From contig JAOZFG010000004.1 in the NCBI GenBank assembly GCA_027491435.1, positions 128,001-192,000 on the forward strand: DNA of 64,000 nucleotides, written 5' to 3'. The translations under genes were made by a program, and so were the position numbers. Below, in pieces: positions 1 to 9,315 of the stretch. Source of the DNA: Thermoproteota archaeon (GTDB lineage Archaea > Korarchaeota > Korarchaeia > Korarchaeales > Korarchaeaceae). Position 1 is the stretch's first letter. The number at the start of each line of letters is the position of its first letter. A model generated the notes under the pieces. That model did no database searches and had not been told where the DNA came from. It saw only the letters and a program-made list of their open reading frames with translations.

Positions 1-91
1 CATCGAAGATGAAGTCGTCAGTTATACCTAGATAGAGACCATCTATGGTGTAAACCTGCATGTCGTAAAGCTCGGATATCTTCCTGGCCAT
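1..91 (-). CDS. PRC-barrel domain protein (partial, runs off window start)
   Basis: Not in ORF track. ATG at 91 after SD GGGGTGA. Translates MARKISELYDMQVYTIDGLYLGITDDFIFD, matching the PRC-barrel N-terminal pattern (SEL..xVYTxDGxxLGxxxD). Confidence 0.7.
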   Translation of the reverse strand, partial: MARKISELYDMQVYTIDGLYLGITDDFIFD

Positions 92-95
92 AAGA

Positions 96-806
96 TCACC
101 CCAGTATAATCCTAGCGTCTACCACCTTAATGCCATCGGGATACGCTATGACCGGATTTAAATCCATCTCAGCTATCTCCGAATTTTCAACTCCGATGTC
201 CCCCACCCTAACTATAGCCCTTTTGAGTGATTCCAAGTCCACCGGCTCAGAGCCCCTGTACCCCAGCAACAGCTTGTAGCCCTTTATCTCCCTAAGCATC
301 CCTTCAGCGTCTTCCTCAGTCAAGGGAGCAACCCTGAACGAGACGTCTTCAAAAACCTCTACAAAGATCCCGCCTAACCCGAACATGACAGTAGGTCCAA
401 ACTGAGGATCCCTCGTCAACCCAATTATCAGCTCAAGTCCTGGCGGGGCGAATTCTTGAACCAGAATCCCGACTATCTCAGCTTCAGGAACTTTACTCCT
501 AACGTTCTCCAGTATCTCCCTGTAAGCCTTTCGAACTTCCTCTTCGTTTTTCAGGTTGACGATTACCCCGCCAACGTCGCTCTTGTGAATTACCTGGGGA
601 GAGACTATTTTGAGCACCACGGGGTAGCCTATCTCTTCAGCCGCCTGAACGGCCTCCTCCTCACTCTTAGAGAGCTTAACCTTGGTCACGGGAATTCCGT
701 ATAGAGAAATAAGCTCTTTAGACTCGTGTTCTAGCAGAAATTTCCTACCTTCCCTCCTGGCACTCTCTAGAATCTCCCTAGGGCTTACCAAAACAGTCAC
801 CCCCAT
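96..806 (-). CDS. acdB: Acetate-CoA ligase (ADP-forming) beta subunit, ATP-grasp
   Basis: Motifs IGYPVVLKIVSPQVIHKSDVGGV, DPQFGPTVMFGLGGIFVE and EMDLNP..VDARI. True start may be TTG at 791 after GGGGGTGA. Confidence 0.92.
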   Translation of the reverse strand: MGVTVLVSPREILESARREGRKFLLEHESKELISLYGIPVTKVKLSKSEEEAVQAAEEIGYPVVLKIVSPQVIHKSDVGGVIVNLKNEEEVRKAYREILENVRSKVPEAEIVGILVQEFAPPGLELIIGLTRDPQFGPTVMFGLGGIFVEVFEDVSFRVAPLTEEDAEGMLREIKGYKLLLGYRGSEPVDLESLKRAIVRVGDIGVENSEIAEMDLNPVIAYPDGIKVVDARIILG

Positions 807-831
807 TCACTGAAGGAACCTCTAAAAAGGT

Positions 832-2109
832 TTACCTGAAGCTCCTCCTCAACCTCTTAAGCTTAAGTATTGTCTTTGAGATCCTCCTTGGCCTGGTTTT
901 CTTAATTTCTCTCGGCTCTTCTTTTTCAGTTTCCTCCTTCTCAGGCTGCTCCTTCATCTCTAGGTTTTCCTTTGGTACGAAGTACCTGCCAGCTGGGTCC
1001 TTCTCCAATAACCCCATGACGACTAGGGCTTCTAGCCTGGAGTAGGCTTGAGCTAAAGGAACTTCCGACTCAACGGCAACCTTCTCTAAGGTTACCGGAC
1101 CTCCGCCGAAGACCCTCAGTATTATGTCAAGTTCCCTTCTCATCTTTGGAGGGGCCCTCCTCACGTAATCTATTATCTCCCTCTCAGAATCTATGACCTT
1201 GTCGAACACGTAAGCATCTATTCTTGACCTGCCCAGTATCAGAGACACCTCGAGAGTCTTCGACAGTATCTCTAGCAGCCTCGATGGGTTTCCTTCGGCT
1301 AGGTGATTGGCGGACACGACGACCTCCTCATCAAAGGGGTCGAGAGGAGTCCTAGGCTCGGTTACCCTGAACTTGGACAACCTCTTGGAAACTAGGCTTA
1401 TGGCCTCCTCGTCAGAGAGAGGGGGGATAGATACCCTCTCATGAACCCTAGAGGTTAGAGCCGGAAACTTCTTGTCTATCTCCTCGTAGGCCTCGTCGCT
1501 CATGGAAAGAACTACCAGTATGCCCTCAGGCATCAAAGAGACTATCTCCCTAATCATCTCGAAGAAAAAGAAGGACCATCTATCGTCGGCGTAAAGCATG
1601 TTGTGAACGTCGTCCAACAGCAAGGCGGACGGAATCATTGACTCTAGGGATTTCATTATCATCCTGCCTGCCTCAGAAGGAGATGTTTTCAGCTGGTAGA
1701 GCTCCTCATCAGTTAGCACGTCAGGCATCCCAAGGAGGACCTTTTTGAGGACCTTGGATATCCTCCTGGATCTACTGTATGACGTCATAAGTAGGTCGTC
1801 GATTATGTCAGGCCCCTCAACCACCGAGACCTCTTGAAAAATGGAGTCCAGGTTAGCCTTATCATAAGAGTAGTTCAACATGTTGAGCCTGATGGTCCTC
1901 CCCGACCCAGGAGGGCCCGTGATAACCACGAAAGCTGAGGCAACTCCAGACATGGCCTCAGCTGCCAACGAATCTAGTATGTCGTCCACCCACTGCTTTG
2001 TGAATATCGCTGTAGGATCCTCAAGTTCTATGATAGATGTCCTCAGGAAAGGATTCCTGTAAAGCCCTAGTAGCCTAGCATAATCCCTGGCCCCAGCTGA
2101 GCTCCTCAA
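832..2109 (-). CDS. AAA+ family P-loop ATPase with C-terminal winged HTH (Cdc6/Orc1-like architecture)
   Basis: Walker A-like GPPGSGRT, Walker B LLLDDVH, Arg finger ALTSRV, sensor-2 GNPSR, C-terminal HTH-like VTLEKVAVESEVPLAQAYSRLEALVVMGLLEK. Confidence 0.65.
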   Translation of the reverse strand: MRSSAGARDYARLLGLYRNPFLRTSIIELEDPTAIFTKQWVDDILDSLAAEAMSGVASAFVVITGPPGSGRTIRLNMLNYSYDKANLDSIFQEVSVVEGPDIIDDLLMTSYSRSRRISKVLKKVLLGMPDVLTDEELYQLKTSPSEAGRMIMKSLESMIPSALLLDDVHNMLYADDRWSFFFFEMIREIVSLMPEGILVVLSMSDEAYEEIDKKFPALTSRVHERVSIPPLSDEEAISLVSKRLSKFRVTEPRTPLDPFDEEVVVSANHLAEGNPSRLLEILSKTLEVSLILGRSRIDAYVFDKVIDSEREIIDYVRRAPPKMRRELDIILRVFGGGPVTLEKVAVESEVPLAQAYSRLEALVVMGLLEKDPAGRYFVPKENLEMKEQPEKEETEKEEPREIKKTRPRRISKTILKLKRLRRSFR

Positions 2110-2214
2110 TTAGCATTCCACCCAATGTTCTGACCTTTCCTGTCCATTAAAAAGGTTAGCCCGCTTTAGGTGTTCAACGCAAAACCTGACGTCGAATAAA
2201 GGGAAGAGGGGGGT

Positions 2215-4134
2215 TCAGTAGTAGTACCAAATGGTCCAATATTCGTCTATGTTTTCTCCCCTCTCTTTTAACCTCATCAGGTAGTCATATATGGGAACGT
2301 CCACGTAAGGCCACGGGTTCACGGGGGCTATTCCCTTCTCCCACGGGTGCCACACGTATATCCTGCTTCCAGTCTTAGGCATTATGGCTATGAGTTCTCT
2401 GTCCTGCCAAGCCCTTATGTGGTTCTTGCCCAGGGCGGGAACGTTAAACACGGGCTCATCGGTTCTGAACTGGCCTGGAAGTAGTCTGGCCTCCTCCTTT
2501 CTCTCCTGAGCTATCCTAGCTATGGGCACCAGGTAGTCCTTCTGTTCGAACTTACCCTTCGGGTAGAAGTTGTAGTACGGGTCGACTCCTATCATCTTCA
2601 TGCCTATCCTGGCTAACACGTACTGAAACCTCCTTGAAGTCTCGAAGTGGTACACCTGCTGGTTGTATACGTATATCCCGTGCTCCTTGAGGGTCTTGAC
2701 AGCCTGGGCCATGTAGGGGGTTATCTCCTCAGCGCTCTCTATGTGAGTAACAAACGATATATTCCTCTTGCCGGGCTCTATGAAGCTGGAGAGCATCTCA
2801 GCATACTCATTGTTTATCCTCATAGGGACAGTCACCACGATCCTGCTTCCTATCCTGATCTCCCTTATGTGGTCGATCTCGGAGAGCTTGCTCAGTATGT
2901 ACTCCATGTACTTGTTGTTGAGTATTGCAGGATCTCCTCCTGTGAGGAGGACGTCGATCAGGGAGTCATGCTGGGCGAACCACTCAATGGCCTTCTCGAC
3001 CAGTTTGGGAGAGGGTATTCCAACGGGGCTCATGGCTTCCTCTATCTCCCAATTCCTCTGACAGTACACGCAGATCTGCGGACAGGTGTCAGCTACCTTT
3101 ATTATAGCTACCATCGGGTACCTCCTGGTCACCAGCTCAAGCGGAGAGGTGTCGTGCTCCTTCATGAAGTCGAAGACGTAGTCCCTATTCTGCCTATTCC
3201 TTATCATCTGCTCCAGGTAGTAGGAGGACGGAATCACTTGAGCCCTTACCTGGGGGTCCCTCTTCCTGTCCGCCCTGGTGAAGTCAAACAGGTGCAGGTA
3301 GTAGGGGGTTATCCCGAAAGGTATCCTGTTCTCTATCGCAGTCCTCATGTTCCTTACATCCTCTTCAGTCAGAGGAACCAGCTCCTTCAACATGTCGACG
3401 TGGTGGAGTCTCTTGAATACGTTCTTGAAGTGCCACTTGTAGTCATACCAGTCATCCTCGGTGGCGCCCAAGTAGTCCAGTATCTTCTTCTTGTTTTGCT
3501 CTCTCTCCTCAATGACCTTCGGATCCAGCCCGAAGGTGTACCTGCTGGTGAACTGATTGATAACCTTGCCCAACTCGTCAAGGTACTCAGACCTAATTAA
3601 GGCCGCCTGTCTCCCCTCGCTCTTCTGGAAGAGCTCCACTAGCTTGGTCTTCTCGCCAAGGATGTCGTGGAGCCACCCCTTGGAGTACTCTGCGGTCCCG
3701 TGGATAGCCTTAAATAAGTGCTTGAACTCCATTATAAAGCCCATTCCAACTTCATTAAGGACTTCGGGATCCTCCTTGGCTATCCTATAAAGGTACTCGA
3801 GCGTGCTGAAGGTGGCTATCTTCTCATTCTCAGGTGAGATAATGTTTTTAAATACTCTGATGGCCTCTAATGCCAGGGCATAATCTAACCTATGTACCTT
3901 TATCCTGCCCTCCCTGAATGACCACTCCAGGTCGTTTAGGTACTGGTAGAGGCGTTTCCTGGCCTCCTCTAGGTCTCCGCTCTCCCGGAGTAGCTTGTAA
4001 ATCTCCCTCCCTTCCTTCCACATCTCATCTATTGCAGCGATCTTCTCCTGGAGGGGGGCATCCTTCCAGGAGATCTTACCTAGTATATCCACACCGGCCT
4101 CCACTATGGTCTCCAAGGCTCTCACCGGCGTCAT
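2215..4134 (-). CDS. KamA-family radical SAM protein (lysine 2,3-aminomutase-like), long form
   Basis: CPQICVYCQR radical SAM motif, ITPYY, RRYP, LLTGGDP, RIGSR. About 200 aa N-terminal extension. Confidence 0.88.
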   Translation of the reverse strand: MTPVRALETIVEAGVDILGKISWKDAPLQEKIAAIDEMWKEGREIYKLLRESGDLEEARKRLYQYLNDLEWSFREGRIKVHRLDYALALEAIRVFKNIISPENEKIATFSTLEYLYRIAKEDPEVLNEVGMGFIMEFKHLFKAIHGTAEYSKGWLHDILGEKTKLVELFQKSEGRQAALIRSEYLDELGKVINQFTSRYTFGLDPKVIEEREQNKKKILDYLGATEDDWYDYKWHFKNVFKRLHHVDMLKELVPLTEEDVRNMRTAIENRIPFGITPYYLHLFDFTRADRKRDPQVRAQVIPSSYYLEQMIRNRQNRDYVFDFMKEHDTSPLELVTRRYPMVAIIKVADTCPQICVYCQRNWEIEEAMSPVGIPSPKLVEKAIEWFAQHDSLIDVLLTGGDPAILNNKYMEYILSKLSEIDHIREIRIGSRIVVTVPMRINNEYAEMLSSFIEPGKRNISFVTHIESAEEITPYMAQAVKTLKEHGIYVYNQQVYHFETSRRFQYVLARIGMKMIGVDPYYNFYPKGKFEQKDYLVPIARIAQERKEEARLLPGQFRTDEPVFNVPALGKNHIRAWQDRELIAIMPKTGSRIYVWHPWEKGIAPVNPWPYVDVPIYDYLMRLKERGENIDEYWTIWYYY

Positions 4135-4660
4135 AGAGCCTATAGTTCACACTAATAAAGATTTCTGAGTCGGCCAAGAGCTATTCGTTGTAAAAGGAGT
4201 CCAAAGAAAAGCTTATTAGATACGAAAATAGGGGACACACTAACTCCCAATATTTTTAATTAAACCTTATAGATAGCAGGAGAATGCATAGATTAATTTA
4301 CTTAAATATACAATATCGTTACATCAATATCAGGTAAAATAAGGTTATATCAGCTTAGAGAGTACTATGCACAACTACGATACTTCAATAAAATTGATTT
4401 TAGATAACTCGGAAATTAAAGATGATTAATTTCTATATAAACTAGATATAATCAAATATAATGAGGAAAGCTACTCAATTCTGAGCAGCGTCCCTATTGA
4501 ACTTGTAAAGACTGGAGAAAGGCGATCTCTATTGAACATAACGTGCTTATGATGGCATTACAATTTACAATGAAACTTCTGTCATTTATGTAAGCGATTA
4601 AATCCTAAATAAAATTGGTAAATTGTCAAATTTTAATAAATTACCTTAACTCAAAAAAGT

Positions 4661-5089
4661 TTATGGTTTAGGAGGTGGATAATTAGATGTGTCTTCATAG
4701 AACCATAGGTAAGTCTCCCCGTCACCCACCACGTACCTATCAGCCCCTACAGGTCCAAGAGTCCATCCCATTTTGTTATCCCACTTCCACCACATCCAGT
4801 AATAACTTCCCTCGTTTCTAACCCCCTCTATTGACTCTATGAACACGCCGTATGGATATTGTTTGTACTCCACGTCGGCAACCAACTTGGTAACGTCAAA
4901 CAAAGTGCTTCCAGCTGGCACCTTTGTGTTGTTATGCCAGGTCAGACTGTCTCCCTGCTTAAAACCTATGTTGACGACAACGTAGCCCTTCTCACCCTTT
5001 TCGTAAACGCAGGAAGCCAAGAGAGCAGACGCTCCAACAGCCCAGATCAGTAGGGTCAACATGAGGATCTTAGACAGCCTTTCCCTCAT
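4661..5089 (-). CDS. Secreted/membrane-anchored DUF4430 (transcobalamin-like C-terminal) domain protein
   Basis: N-terminal hydrophobic segment, then GSTLFDV...YGVFIESIEG...YYWMWW...VGADRY, typical of DUF4430. Confidence 0.75.
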   Translation of the reverse strand: MRERLSKILMLTLLIWAVGASALLASCVYEKGEKGYVVVNIGFKQGDSLTWHNNTKVPAGSTLFDVTKLVADVEYKQYPYGVFIESIEGVRNEGSYYWMWWKWDNKMGWTLGPVGADRYVVGDGETYLWFYEDTSNYPPPKP

Positions 5090-5146
5090 AGGTTGGATTA
5101 TTTATCCAACCTAATAAAAAGGTGTCCTCTACAGGCAACAACGGCT

Positions 5147-5587
5147 TCAGGTGAGAGAGCTCGCTATGACGCCTCCGAAGGCCTTGTACACCAAGATCAG
5201 AATCGACATAACCAGAATTGCCCTATCAATCAATCCACCAGTCCTAAAAGGGCCTCTAACTCTACTCCCTATTAGAAGGAAGTCCACTCCTGCCTTAGTC
5301 ATGGCGTCCAGAGCCAAGTGAGTGGCGTATCCCACGGCCCAGGGAAACCATCCATCACCTAAGAGCTTGTATACCAACGCTGAAGATAACAAGAGGGCCC
5401 ACAGGTTATGTAGGGTCTTCCTGTGGACAATTAAAGGATATTCTCTTAACCAATAATCCAGATCGGGAAAGAGCGCACCTGACAGCGTGAGAAGGGCCCA
5501 CCCCATGACCTCCTCCGGAGTTAGAGACCTGCTGAGCGTATGTGAGATTACTGCTAAAGCAAATGCCACGTGGGTCTCCTTTTTCAT
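5147..5587 (-). CDS. YdjM-like membrane-bound metal-dependent hydrolase
   Basis: Motifs TH, PDLD, HRKTLH and HLALDAMT.GV with TM segments. Start placed at MKKETH (track start 5614). Confidence 0.8.
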   Translation of the reverse strand: MKKETHVAFALAVISHTLSRSLTPEEVMGWALLTLSGALFPDLDYWLREYPLIVHRKTLHNLWALLLSSALVYKLLGDGWFPWAVGYATHLALDAMTKAGVDFLLIGSRVRGPFRTGGLIDRAILVMSILILVYKAFGGVIASSLT

Positions 5588-5893
5588 AGAGCACCGCCCG
5601 TTTAATCGGGCCATCCCCTTTTAAAGTTGTCCAGACGCCCCAGCCTATGAGCAAGTGAAGAACCTGATTGAGCGCAGAAGCCCCTTCAAGTTAGGCGTTA
5701 CCTCCGTGGCTCAGATAAATTTCACGACCACAGCCTATAAAGTCACCAACTCCTTGTTTCCACGTATTAACGCAATTTTGCGTCGACAATCCAGATTGCA
5801 GCAATAAGTCGTCTGTCAACGGCTCCCATAACTCGCCTTGCCGCTGAAATTAGAAAGCTTCTTTAGACCTGTTAGGTGGTAACGGCTCTAGGC

Positions 5894-6409
5894 CTAGTCC
5901 AAACTCCTACCTCTGAGAGGGGAGGGCAAGTACCTTCTATACTGAGCCCTTCTAACTACTTCTACAGCCTTGTCCTCGGGACAACCTTCAACGCACACCA
6001 CTTCACCTAACACATCCCCTTTAACTTCAGCCCTCAGCTTCTTCAGTTCACCCTCGCTCCTACACGCTAACACCTTGGCCACTCTTTCGTTAGACGAAGT
6101 CATCTTCCTGAACCCAACCAGTATTAACACGTCTGGTTCAACGGGCATCACGCACCTAACTAACCTAATTAGGCCGTCAACGTCTTCAGGAACGAATCCG
6201 GTGGACAATATCAGCCTGGACTTAGAATAGTTAAAGGCAACCATGGCCCCTCCCTCTGTAAGCTTTTTTAATTCCCTAGTGAGCTCCACTTTACGGCTCT
6301 GGACCGCAGATGATACCCTATACCCAGAGCTGGCCAGCTTGTTTGCAAGCAACCTGTAAAATTGTTCAGAAGCGCTTCCCAAGAGCGCCAAAGCGAGCAA
6401 CTCAGTCAC
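5894..6409 (-). CDS. Degenerate MobB-like protein (P-loop lost)
   Basis: LANKLASSGYRV and DVLILVGFRK...KVL resemble MobB (L...GYRV; DxxLVEGFK..PKI), but no GKT. Confidence 0.45.
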   Translation of the reverse strand: MTELLALALLGSASEQFYRLLANKLASSGYRVSSAVQSRKVELTRELKKLTEGGAMVAFNYSKSRLILSTGFVPEDVDGLIRLVRCVMPVEPDVLILVGFRKMTSSNERVAKVLACRSEGELKKLRAEVKGDVLGEVVCVEGCPEDKAVEVVRRAQYRRYLPSPLRGRSLD

Positions 6410-6917
6410 CTCCCAAGACCCCTGTTAGGGCCATTATCACGGCGTGCTCGTAAAAGTCGGTCCTTGTAATGGCCCCCCTAGTTAAATAACCAACGGCACC
6501 CATCCCCCTCTTTATGTCTTGAATCCCCGTAACGCCCTGCATTATGGATCCAAGCTCTTCACCCATCAGCAACCTGTGGACAATTTCTTTTGGGCACTCA
6601 AACCAGCCAGTCATTCCGGTGGCCTGCCTCCCTCCCTTGTCGAGTATGTAAACGTATGCGGCGCAATAGTAATTGCCGAGGATTCCAAAGACCCCTCCCT
6701 CTATGCCGACCGAGTAATCTGCCTTGGTTATGGAGAGGGCCCTCAGCGCCCTGTTCTTAGCCCCCCTTATCACGTCCTCATTGATGGGCTGGGGGGGCAC
6801 GCCGCTCTCCACCTTAACCCCTACCACCTCCACCCCGTCGAAAAACCTGTTAAAAGCTTTTCTTACCGCTACAACCTTAACCGGGTTATCGGAACCCACC
6901 GCTACGAGCAACGGCAT
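6402..6917 (-). CDS. yjjX: Inosine/xanthosine triphosphatase (YjjX family non-canonical purine NTPase)
   Basis: VGSDNPVKV.AV, SGVPPQP, GAKNRA, GIEGG, ELG, GAVGYLT.G...R. Confidence 0.9.
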   Translation of the reverse strand: MPLLVAVGSDNPVKVVAVRKAFNRFFDGVEVVGVKVESGVPPQPINEDVIRGAKNRALRALSITKADYSVGIEGGVFGILGNYYCAAYVYILDKGGRQATGMTGWFECPKEIVHRLLMGEELGSIMQGVTGIQDIKRGMGAVGYLTRGAITRTDFYEHAVIMALTGVLGGD

Positions 6918-6967
6918 CCCTCCGCACAACCTTTTTAGTGATGACGGAAAAATAAAGCGGTGATGAC

Positions 6968-7378
6968 TTGACTGGAATGGACGTTAAAAGCATTATCGGG
7001 GTGATCTCCGGCTACTTTGACAGGCTGGGCTTCAAATACAGAGTTGAAGATGAACTGATAATAACGGTCTGGGAGATCGAGGGCAGGCCTCACGTAGTCT
7101 TGATAGTTGCTACTGAGAAGATGGTCGGGATGAGGTCTAAACTGCTTGAACCTAAGGAGGTTCCGGAGGATCCTAACTTCTTCAAAGAGCTGTTGAAGGC
7201 CCATCACCTAATGTCCAACGTTAGGTACGATATGGACGGTGATGGGAACCTAGGGGTCTCGGCGTCAACCCCAATTGAAGCTTTAAACTTTGAGAGTTTT
7301 AGAATAATTTTTCTGACACTATTATTCGCCATAGAAGAATTTTGGAAAGATATAGCACCTAAATTCGGGTTAAAGTGA
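6968..7378 (+). CDS. YbjN/CesT-like chaperone-fold protein
   Basis: 136 aa with alpha-beta-beta-beta-alpha pattern and ELLKAH...VRYDMDGDGNL. Confidence 0.5.
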   Translation: MTGMDVKSIIGVISGYFDRLGFKYRVEDELIITVWEIEGRPHVVLIVATEKMVGMRSKLLEPKEVPEDPNFFKELLKAHHLMSNVRYDMDGDGNLGVSASTPIEALNFESFRIIFLTLLFAIEEFWKDIAPKFGLK

Positions 7379-8395
7379 TCACTTCTCTATAATGAACTCG
7401 TCAACCGCTGTGCCGAAATGCCTTCCCTTGGCCTCGGGAAGGTACACAAGCACCCTGTCCCCTGGCTTCAACTCAGTTACCGGGATGGAGCCCTGCTCCC
7501 CCACCAGGGGGACGGTTTCAGCCAGCTGCAGGATTACCCACCCCTCGCTTTCACCTGTTCTCGCCCTAACTAGGGCCATGGGCCTCCTCTCCACCTTGGC
7601 CCTTCCCACGGAGACCGGCCTTCTGCTACCGTCCTTTTTCACGGCTAGAAGCTCTACTCCAGCTTTTACCTCTGAGAGGTAGTAGGTCTTCCCCTTGGGA
7701 GCCATCACGTAGTTGGACACAGCTCCAGCGTTAACCCTGAACTCCCTAGGCGATGTGTAGGGAGATTCTATGTTCTCACTATGAATTAGGAAGAGGAAGG
7801 AGGCAGATCCACCCACAAGCATGCCCTCTCCCCTGTCGAGCAGGGATATGGTGTCTACACAAACCCTCTCACCGGTCCCAACCTCCCTGACCTCGGTTAC
7901 TTCAGCGTAGGTCAGCTCCAAGGGGCTGGCAACCTCTATAAGCTCCTGAAACCTTCCAAGCTCGCCTTCATCCCTTAAATTAACGGCTATTCCCTCTACT
8001 CCTATTTCTAAGACGTCTAGAAGGGATTTAGCCTCATCTAGGTCGTCTGCTAGTGCTATTAAGTTCTTTCCCCCTCCGAGCTTAGCTATGACGTTTTCTA
8101 AGGGAATTATCTTCCAATCAACAGCATTTATAAGCACGGGCTTACTCCTCGCCAGGTTTACTAACCTGTCCTCATCCTCCTTGCCCCTAATTTCGAATAG
8201 GATGAAGTCGCCGCCCTCGTTCGGCCATTTTGAGAGCTTTAAGTCTCCTTGGGGCCCTATAACTTTCAGCCCCAATGACTTCGCCCTCTTCACGCCCTCT
8301 TCGGTTAGAGCTATTAGCTCAATTCCCTGACCGCTTCCGGAAACTAAAACTTCGTCCGGGGTACCTTCCACCAGAATGAAGGCCTTCTTCCTCAT
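7379..8395 (-). CDS. aroB': 3-dehydroquinate synthase II (archaeal AroB')
   Basis: DWKIIPLENVIA, GERVCVDT, GEGMLVG, FRVNAGAV, YLSEVKAG, GRAKVERRP, LQLAET, GRHFG. Confidence 0.93.
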   Translation of the reverse strand: MRKKAFILVEGTPDEVLVSGSGQGIELIALTEEGVKRAKSLGLKVIGPQGDLKLSKWPNEGGDFILFEIRGKEDEDRLVNLARSKPVLINAVDWKIIPLENVIAKLGGGKNLIALADDLDEAKSLLDVLEIGVEGIAVNLRDEGELGRFQELIEVASPLELTYAEVTEVREVGTGERVCVDTISLLDRGEGMLVGGSASFLFLIHSENIESPYTSPREFRVNAGAVSNYVMAPKGKTYYLSEVKAGVELLAVKKDGSRRPVSVGRAKVERRPMALVRARTGESEGWVILQLAETVPLVGEQGSIPVTELKPGDRVLVYLPEAKGRHFGTAVDEFIIEK

Positions 8396-8484
8396 CTCCC
8401 CCTATGAGGACTCTCCAGATAAAAGCTAGATATACGGGCCCATCTGCACTTATGAGCTATAACGTCACCATCCCGATAGTGTCG

Positions 8485-9315
8485 ATGATAACCCCTAAGA
8501 CCAGGCTCTACTGCTTATTAGGGGGCTCAGTTAGGTATTCAGCGTCTCCAGCCATACACAACGCCTCCTTCTCCTTCTTAGGAGTGGATGCCGTTTACTT
8601 GGCCTTCAGCGTTAGAAATGTGGTTAAAGCAGTTGAGGGGTTAAAGGAACTGGGGGCCGGCGGCTGTAACGTGACTAACCCATTCAAGGAAGAGGTAATC
8701 AAAGCGCTGGACTGGGTTGACGAGAGGTCGTCCCTGTTGAGGGCCGTTAACACCGTAAAGTTAGAAGACGAAGCTATGGGCTATAACACGGATGTCGATG
8801 GAGTACTGCACGTCCTAGATCTCTTAGATTATGAAGGGGAGGAGACCCTAATCCTGGGGGCTGGAGGGGCTGCTAGATCTGCCATCTTGGCCCTGAGCTT
8901 GAAGGGTTGTGAAAAGTTGACCGTGATGTCTAGGAGCAGGGAAAGAGCTGAGAAATCTTTGAGGTTAGCTAGCTCCCTGGGGATAGAAGTTAAACACGAT
9001 AAATGGAATCCCCACATCCTGAAGAGGAGGCAGTATGGGCTGATAATAAACGCTACACCCCTAGGGACCGAGGGGGTGGGGAAACCCTTAGAAATACCCA
9101 CTGGGACAAGGTGTAAGCTCTTCGATATGGTGTACAACCCACCCGAGACTTCTCTGGTTAAAGATGCCAAGAAGAGGGGGTGTAAAGCTCTAGGAGGTGT
9201 TCACATGCTTGTTAGACAGGCTAGTCGTGCAGAGGAGATCTGGCTTTCCCTGAAGCCTGATGAAGGGGTCATGATGAGGGCGGCTCTAAAGTTCCTGGGT
9301 GTTGAGGTTGATTAG
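8485..9315 (+). CDS. aroE: Shikimate dehydrogenase
   Basis: SASPAIHN, NVTNPFKE, AVNT, GYNTDVDG, LGAGGAAR, INATPLG, DMVYNP.ET. Start moved from 8404 to MITPKT to leave room for divergent promoters. Confidence 0.93.
   Translation: MITPKTRLYCLLGGSVRYSASPAIHNASFSFLGVDAVYLAFSVRNVVKAVEGLKELGAGGCNVTNPFKEEVIKALDWVDERSSLLRAVNTVKLEDEAMGYNTDVDGVLHVLDLLDYEGEETLILGAGGAARSAILALSLKGCEKLTVMSRSRERAEKSLRLASSLGIEVKHDKWNPHILKRRQYGLIINATPLGTEGVGKPLEIPTGTRCKLFDMVYNPPETSLVKDAKKRGCKALGGVHMLVRQASRAEEIWLSLKPDEGVMMRAALKFLGVEVD

Noticed and set aside
2647-3600. 317-aa antisense ORF and many other 60-150 aa overlapping ORFs in the track
   Set aside because: Shadow frames of well-supported genes, caused by codon bias. 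No motifs or SD.
4461-4515. ATGAGGA...CTGA possible C/D sRNA
   Set aside because: No recognisable C'/D pair, terminal stem or rRNA-complementary guide.
4135-4660. Replication origin near the Cdc6-like AAA gene
   Set aside because: No ORB repeats (TCCA..GAAA..GGGG) seen. The AAA protein is atypical and 2 kb away.
5615-5893. Riboswitch or tRNA in the 280-bp gap upstream of ydjM-like/DUF4430 genes
   Set aside because: No cloverleaf, B12 box or other recognisable consensus.
6938-6975. Two TGATGA motifs suggesting a C/D sRNA
   Set aside because: No properly spaced CTGA boxes. Better explained as the promoter and SD (GCGGTGA) of the 6968 gene.
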